Below are positions 58,631-64,000 of a stretch of 64,000 nucleotides of DNA, piece by piece; within the stretch, counting starts at the first letter, position 1; the number at the start of each line of letters is the position of its first letter. Origin of the DNA: Deltaproteobacteria bacterium (lineage in GTDB: Bacteria; Myxococcota_A; UBA796; SXON01); the NCBI GenBank assembly GCA_947445035.1, contig CANFCK010000001.1, positions 50,044-114,043 of the forward strand. The letters are read 5' to 3'. Below the pieces are notes generated by a model. That model did no database searches, was not told the origin of the DNA, and saw nothing but the letters and a program-made list of their open reading frames with translations. The translations under genes and the position numbers were made by a program.

Positions 58631-59641
58631 TCACGCGGAGGGGGGTCGCGTTTCCAGCAGCTCCGCCAACCGCTGATGAAAGTGCCGCAGGCCGTCCTCC
58701 CACTTCGGCGCGTACTGCCCGGGCCGCGCCAGCCGACTCCGCGCCCCGCGCTGCACACAGGCGACGATGGCGCCGTCCTCGCGCTCCACCTGCTCCAGGC
58801 CGGCCCCCGCTCCCGCTTCCAGCAGCGTCGCGTCGCGCACCCAGCGGCGGTACCGGATCCGCGTCCGTCCCGGGCCGAGCGGCTCCACGATGTTGACCGA
58901 CAGCCCCCACGGGTAATGGTTGAGCATCGTGGTGCAGAAAAGCCCCACCCAAGCGGCCGCGATCGGCCCCTCTGGCGCAGCGAGCGTCGGCTCCTCTTCG
59001 CGACCAACGCCGAGCTGTAGGCTTGACCAGCCGGCCGGCTCAACCCGGTAGTCGCCGAGGTCCAGCGCAGCGCTCAAGCCGGGGTGCACGAAGGGAACGT
59101 GGAGCCCTTCGAGGTAGTTCTCGACGTAGAGGAGGAAGTGCGCGTCGACCTCGAAGCTCGCTTCTCCGAGGGGGTCCGGGAGGGCTGGAAGCGGCGGCAA
59201 CCACGCGAGGCGCTGCTCCGGAAAAAGCGATGCGAACGGCATCGCAGGGGCGATCGACGCGAAAATCAACGACCCGAGCGTCGCGACGGCGACGGGCCGC
59301 AAGTGGTCGTCCTCGCCCGGCCGCTCAAAGCCGGGCGCGGTCAGGCAACGCCCGCCGCGATTGAACCGGCGCCCATGGTACGGACACCGCGCGCCCTCCC
59401 CGTGCGGCTCCAAAACGGCGGCGCGGTGGGTGCAAACCCCCGACCAGCCGTGCACCTCGCCGTCCACCCGACCGAGCAGGAGCGGCTCGTCGAGCACCCC
59501 AGGAAGCAGCGCGCGGGCCAAGAGCGCCCCTTCCGGAACCTCATCGGCCGAAGCGACGACGTGCCACGAACGAGCCAGCACGCGCTCCACCAGCTCGGGC
59601 CAGCGCGCCTCGCCGTAGAGCGAGAGGGGAGGAAGCGTCAC
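58631..59641 (-). CDS. Rieske non-heme iron oxygenase alpha subunit (choline monooxygenase-like)
   Basis: CTHR...CPYHG Rieske motif; ENYLEGLHVPFVHP; ED iron ligand. Confidence 0.9.
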   Translation of the reverse strand: MTLPPLSLYGEARWPELVERVLARSWHVVASADEVPEGALLARALLPGVLDEPLLLGRVDGEVHGWSGVCTHRAAVLEPHGEGARCPYHGRRFNRGGRCLTAPGFERPGEDDHLRPVAVATLGSLIFASIAPAMPFASLFPEQRLAWLPPLPALPDPLGEASFEVDAHFLLYVENYLEGLHVPFVHPGLSAALDLGDYRVEPAGWSSLQLGVGREEEPTLAAPEGPIAAAWVGLFCTTMLNHYPWGLSVNIVEPLGPGRTRIRYRRWVRDATLLEAGAGAGLEQVEREDGAIVACVQRGARSRLARPGQYAPKWEDGLRHFHQRLAELLETRPPSA

Positions 59642-59652
59642 GTGGGTGCCGA

Positions 59653-60030
59653 TCAGAGCGTCTTGGCGCGAACGGGGGTGCGATCGTCGTCCTCGGGCTC
59701 CGCCCTCAGCCGTTTGAGCTCGTCGAGTTGTTTCTGGGCGCGGGCCACGGGGTCTTCCGTTGGGTCGACAGGACCCCTTTCGGCAGGCGCGCCCCCGTAG
59801 TGGCGCCGCGCGCGGTCCAACGCGCTTTCCCCTTCAAGGTCCCGCACCGCTTCCTCCGCGCCACCCACCTTCCCGAAAAGCACCCGCTCGACGCCGTCGA
59901 GGGCCGCGTGGGCAGCGCCCTCCACCCCGCGCAGGGCACCGGCGGCCGCCGCTTGCGCGGCGCGCACGGCTGCTTCGGTGTGAAGGCGATCGGCCAGGGC
60001 CGGAGAAGGGGTGGGCTTGTCGTGGGGCAC
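59653..60030 (-). CDS. Hypothetical protein
   Basis: GTG 60030; helical composition ending DPVARAQKQLDELKRLR; the ORF-track 5' extension is the antisense shadow of ruvB. Confidence 0.65.
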   Translation of the reverse strand: MPHDKPTPSPALADRLHTEAAVRAAQAAAAGALRGVEGAAHAALDGVERVLFGKVGGAEEAVRDLEGESALDRARRHYGGAPAERGPVDPTEDPVARAQKQLDELKRLRAEPEDDDRTPVRAKTL

Positions 60031-60066
60031 GGGTAAGCATAGCCCCCGTCGGGATATGTCGCCGGG

Positions 60067-61065
60067 GTGACCCGCTTTGTCGACCCCACCGAGCTCGAAG
60101 CGCCGGACCCGGCCCTCCGACCGCGTCGGCTGGACGAGTACATCGGCCAGGAGCGCATCAAGGAGAACCTCCGCATCTACGTGCGAGCGGCGATCCAGCG
60201 GGGCGAAGCGCTCGATCACGTGCTCCTCAGCGGGCCCCCGGGCCTGGGCAAGACCTCGTTGGCCAACATCATTGCCGAAGAACTTGGCGTCACGATGCGC
60301 ACCGCCGCTGGGCCCACGCTGGAGCGGGGCGGCGACCTCGCGGCGATTCTCACCAACCTCGGCCCCCGCGACGTGCTTTTCATCGACGAAATCCATCGGC
60401 TGAATCGCGCCGTGGAAGAAATTCTGTATCCGGCGATGGAAGACTTTCACCTCGACATCGTGATGGGCTCGGGGCCCGGCGCGTCGAGCGTCCGAATCCC
60501 GCTCCAGCGCTTCACTCTCATCGGCGCCACCACCCGCTCGGGCATGCTCACCAGTCCGTTGCGCGCCCGATTCGGCATCGCCGCGGTGCTCGACTTCTAC
60601 ACGCCAGAGGAACTCAAGCGCATCGCCCTACGCAGCGCCGAACGCATGGGCCTTGAGATCGACGACGACGCCGCCACCGAGCTGTCTTGTCGCTCCCGGG
60701 GCACGCCGCGCATCGCCAACCGGTTGTTGCGACGGCTCCGCGACTTCGCCCAGATCGAGTCGGGCGGGCAGATCACCATGGCGCTCACCCGCCACGCGCT
60801 GGAGCGGCTGGAGGTCGACCAACGCGGGCTCGACGCGATGGACCGTCGCATCCTGCACAGCATCGCCTTTCGCTTTGACGGCGGTCCGGTCGGGCTCGGC
60901 AACCTCGCGGCCGCCATCGGGGAAGAGCAGGACACCATCGAGGAAGTGTACGAGCCCTTCCTGATTCGCGAGGGGCTTTTGCAGAGGACACCCCAAGGGC
61001 GCGTGCTGACCAGCGGCGGTGCGGCCGTGGTTGGGTTCAGCGGCAAGGGACTTTTCGGACGATGA
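60067..61065 (+). CDS. ruvB: Holliday junction branch migration helicase RuvB
   Basis: [45 protein letters not shown]. Confidence 0.98.
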   Translation: MTRFVDPTELEAPDPALRPRRLDEYIGQERIKENLRIYVRAAIQRGEALDHVLLSGPPGLGKTSLANIIAEELGVTMRTAAGPTLERGGDLAAILTNLGPRDVLFIDEIHRLNRAVEEILYPAMEDFHLDIVMGSGPGASSVRIPLQRFTLIGATTRSGMLTSPLRARFGIAAVLDFYTPEELKRIALRSAERMGLEIDDDAATELSCRSRGTPRIANRLLRRLRDFAQIESGGQITMALTRHALERLEVDQRGLDAMDRRILHSIAFRFDGGPVGLGNLAAAIGEEQDTIEEVYEPFLIREGLLQRTPQGRVLTSGGAAVVGFSGKGLFGR

Positions 61066-61475
61066 CGGCGCTTTTGATGATTGGGTGCGCGGGTGCGCAT
61101 GACCTGGAGAGGATCGAGCTCCGCTTCGGCGCTCACGTGCTGCATGCGCGAGTAGCGGACACGCCCAAAGAGCGCGCGGCCGGGCTGATGGGGGTGACCG
61201 ATCTGGCCGCCGACGAAGGGATGGTCTTTGCCTATCCCGAGGCCTCAGCACGCTTTTTCTGGATGAAAGACACGCCCACCGCGCTCTCCATCGTTTTCTG
61301 CGACGTCAAAGGGGTCATCGTGGCGATGGCCGACCTCGTGCCGCTGGACACCACCCTGACCCCCTCGAATCAGCCCGCAATGTTCGTCGTCGAGGCCAAA
61401 AAGGGGTGGTTTGCCGAGCACGGGGTCGCAGTTGGCGACACCGTGGGTGGGCTGCCGGGGCGCTCCGAGAAATGA
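61062..61475 (+). CDS. DUF192 family protein
   Basis: [25 protein letters not shown]...G. Confidence 0.9.
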   Translation: MTALLMIGCAGAHDLERIELRFGAHVLHARVADTPKERAAGLMGVTDLAADEGMVFAYPEASARFFWMKDTPTALSIVFCDVKGVIVAMADLVPLDTTLTPSNQPAMFVVEAKKGWFAEHGVAVGDTVGGLPGRSEK

Positions 61476-62296
61476 CCGAGCAGGCAACTGTGGCCCGGCC
61501 GATCGAAGTCGCCGGGACTGCGCTGCGCAGCGGAGGCGTCCGTCGCGCCCGCCTCTTGCCGGGTCTTCCAGACAGCGGAGTGGTCTTTGTGGTCGATGGC
61601 GTCGAGCTGGCAGCGACGATCGCGCATGTTGAAGACACGACGCTGGCCACGACGCTTGCAGCGGGCGGCGTGCGCGTCGTGCTGGTAGAGCACCTCCTCG
61701 CCGCGACAATGGCGGCGGGCATCGACAATTTGCGGGTGGAGCTCGATGGCGACGAGCTTCCCATCCTCGATGGCGCGGCCCTCACGTGGCTGGGCGCGCT
61801 CGCGACGGCAGGGCGCACGGCACAAGGAGCGGCGGTGCGGTGGTGGAGTGTGTCAGAGCCGGTGCGGGTCGAGACCCCGACCGCGTTTGCGATGCTCGAG
61901 CCGGCGCCGGCATTGAGCCTCGACATATCTGTACAATTCTCGCACGCGCTCATCGGCGCCCAGCGCTGGACTGGGGATCCGATCGCCCGTTTCGGCGCGG
62001 AGCTCGCGTGGGCGCGCACCTTCGGTTTCCACGCCGACGCCGAACGTTTTCGCGCTGCGGGCATGATGCGCGGCGTCAGCCTCGACAACACGTTGGTCTT
62101 CGACGACGCCGGCGTGATGAACCCCGGAGGGCAGCGCGCGGCGGATGAGGTGGTGCGGCACAAGGCGCTGGACGCGCTCGGCGATCTGGCGCTGGTGACG
62201 GGGCGGCCGCGGGTGAAGCTGACTGCGTCGCGAGGCGGGCATGCCGTGCACCATGCGCTTTTGAGGGCGACGCAAGGGGTTTTGGTGCGGGGGTAG
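61472..62296 (+). CDS. lpxC: UDP-3-O-acyl-N-acetylglucosamine deacetylase
   Basis: VEHLLAA, GIDN, ELPILDG, ARTFGF, RHKALDALGDL, GHAVH. Confidence 0.92.
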   Translation: MTEQATVARPIEVAGTALRSGGVRRARLLPGLPDSGVVFVVDGVELAATIAHVEDTTLATTLAAGGVRVVLVEHLLAATMAAGIDNLRVELDGDELPILDGAALTWLGALATAGRTAQGAAVRWWSVSEPVRVETPTAFAMLEPAPALSLDISVQFSHALIGAQRWTGDPIARFGAELAWARTFGFHADAERFRAAGMMRGVSLDNTLVFDDAGVMNPGGQRAADEVVRHKALDALGDLALVTGRPRVKLTASRGGHAVHHALLRATQGVLVRG

Positions 62297-62375
62297 GGGC
62301 TGGGCGGCGAAGGGGATGATCAGCCCCCAGCGCTCTCCCCGCTCAAGTTTCCCCCCCGCTGACCGATGCGCGCCC

Positions 62376-63869
62376 ATGCTCCTTCTCGCTTCGGTCGCCA
62401 TTGCTGGGTCTTCTGCGAGCTCCTTCGCCACCGATGGCGGGGATTGGATCGGCGGCAACGTCGACGGCGGTGTGCTCGTACTGGAGGACACGGCTGGCGA
62501 CCTGGACCTTGGTGAGGTGCTCACCTTCGAGCTCACCGCGCGCGTCCGCCTCGCGACCGGCGACCGCTTCGAGGTGCAACTGTCCGACGCCTGCAGGCTG
62601 AGCGTGGACTACACCGGGACGCGCAGCATCGCCTTCGGGACCGGCGCCGTGCCCTTCGCGGCGGCCGAGCTGCTGATGGTGCCTGACGCGGCCGCGCTTT
62701 TGACCCCGATGATCGACGAGGTGGGCGGCATCCGTCACCCCGATGTGGTCCAGTTCGCAGGAGAGTGGTGGATGTTCTACGGGGCCGCCGATGGCTCCGG
62801 AGCACCCGCCGTCCACGCCGCGCGCTCGACCGACCTGGCGACCTGGACCCGCGTGGAGGGCTTCTCCCTCCCCGGCGCCAGCGAGCCGACGGCCATCGTG
62901 GAGGCCACCTCCCTGGTGCTCTACTATGCCGATGGGGGCTCGATCTGGCGTACCCAGTCCGACGATGGCGTGTCCTTCGACTTCCCGACGGTCGCCCTGG
63001 CACCGGGCCCCGGCTTCGACGCCGCCGGACTCGGCCACCCGGCCATGCTCTTTGACGGCGACGGCCTGTGGCAGCTCTGGTACGGCGTGCCCACCACCGG
63101 CGCGTCCGGCTCCGCGTCGAGCGCCGACGGACTCACCTTCACTCGCGACGCCGAGCTTTCCCCCGACTCCACTCGGTTGAGCGGGCTCGACGTGACCGAT
63201 GGGCTCCTTGGCTTCGAAGCGGTCTACACCATGCTGGACAGCGTGGGCTTCGCGTCGAGCGCCGACGACAGCAACTTCGCCGACGACAGCAGCGATGTCC
63301 GGCCTGCGCTGGTGATGAACCAGGCGGCGTGGTCTGACGGCGGCTTCGGCACCGCCGCCCTGGTGCGCAATGGTGTCGATCTCACCGTGTTCGTCGCTGC
63401 GATGGACGACGGCCTTACGGTGATCGGCCGGGTCACCACGCAACCCGAGCCCGGCACCTGGGGCGGGCTGAGCATGACCTGGGATGGCACCGAAGTCCTT
63501 GCCTCGTGGAATGGTGGCCCGACCCAGAGCTGCGCGCTCACCGACTTCGAGGGCATCTCGATCGTCGGCGTCGGCCGCGCCGAGGTGGACGAGGTGCGGG
63601 TCGACTACTCCGCAGAAGGCGCCATCGACACCGCGGACACCGGCGGCTTGGACACCGGAGATTCGGCCGACACGGCCGACACCGGCGACACGGCCAGCGA
63701 CTCCGCCGACACCGGAGGCCCGGCCTACAACGCGGGCGAATGGATGGGCGAGCCGGGCGGCTGCGGATGTGAGAGCGGGACCGGCGGCGGGGGCGGCGGA
63801 GCCGGCGTCGTCGGGTTGGTCCTCGCAGGCGTTTTGGCGAGACGGCGTGAACCCGGGAGCGGTCGGTAG
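62376..63869 (+). CDS. Secreted protein with GH43/GH32-like beta-propeller, DT linker and MYXO-CTERM-like tail
   Basis: HPDVVQ..WWMFYG, RSTDLATW, QSDDGVSF, SADGLTF repeats; GGCGC-Gly-TM-RRR C-terminus. Confidence 0.75.
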   Translation: MLLLASVAIAGSSASSFATDGGDWIGGNVDGGVLVLEDTAGDLDLGEVLTFELTARVRLATGDRFEVQLSDACRLSVDYTGTRSIAFGTGAVPFAAAELLMVPDAAALLTPMIDEVGGIRHPDVVQFAGEWWMFYGAADGSGAPAVHAARSTDLATWTRVEGFSLPGASEPTAIVEATSLVLYYADGGSIWRTQSDDGVSFDFPTVALAPGPGFDAAGLGHPAMLFDGDGLWQLWYGVPTTGASGSASSADGLTFTRDAELSPDSTRLSGLDVTDGLLGFEAVYTMLDSVGFASSADDSNFADDSSDVRPALVMNQAAWSDGGFGTAALVRNGVDLTVFVAAMDDGLTVIGRVTTQPEPGTWGGLSMTWDGTEVLASWNGGPTQSCALTDFEGISIVGVGRAEVDEVRVDYSAEGAIDTADTGGLDTGDSADTADTGDTASDSADTGGPAYNAGEWMGEPGGCGCESGTGGGGGGAGVVGLVLAGVLARRREPGSGR

Positions 63870-63931
63870 CACCCACCCCATACGCGGAAACACCTTGTCA
63901 CCGTCCGGCATCCACGTACGTACGCACAGGC

Positions 63932-64000
63932 ATGACCCTGCTCTTTCTCATCGGCCACGCTTTCGCCTGGCCTGCCTCCACCGACTGGGATGCCGTCGAC
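63932..64000 (+). CDS. Start of a probable secreted protein (runs off window edge)
   Basis: MTLLFLIGHAFAWPASTDWDAVD, a short signal like those of other secreted proteins here. Confidence 0.5.
   Translation, partial: MTLLFLIGHAFAWPASTDWDAVD

Overview
A high-GC (about 70% by eye), densely coding bacterial chromosomal segment. MYXO-CTERM-like tails, MopE-type Cys motifs, Asp/Thr-rich lipoprotein linkers, a Hanks kinase and a sigma54 regulator suggest a Myxococcota/deltaproteobacterial lineage (inference). Core genes are rplU-rpmA, icmF, lipA, hisS, cphA, ftsQ-ftsZ, phoU, elongator tRNA-Met, ruvB and lpxC. Accessory genes are a two-permease RND-TolC efflux operon split by a vapBC-carrying insert, a HK/sigma54-RR pair, two ECF sigma/anti-sigma pairs, a GAF-HD-GYP protein and many lipoproteins. 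There are several decayed genes (metallophosphoesterase, pilin, MopE-repeat, DUF1501, Ogt, a frameshifted kinase, an IS1634-like remnant). No CRISPR array, prophage or intact IS was seen. The most unusual observations are: (1) two translationally coupled histidine ammonia-lyase paralogs with complementary motif loss (one has an SSG MIO triad and the Tyr loop but lacks NSGFM; the other has AAG and no Tyr loop but keeps NSGFM), suggesting an obligate heteromeric lyase; (2) a lipA-E1beta*-E2-E1alpha* operon whose E1 subunits are intact ORFs but miniaturised and lack ThDP-binding motifs; (3) a secreted 6 x 16-aa Cys-repeat peptide between a sensor kinase and its regulator; (4) mirror-image candidate ECF promoters with an unannotated 57-aa putative anti-sigma factor. 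All calls are from reading the sequence; no searches were run.
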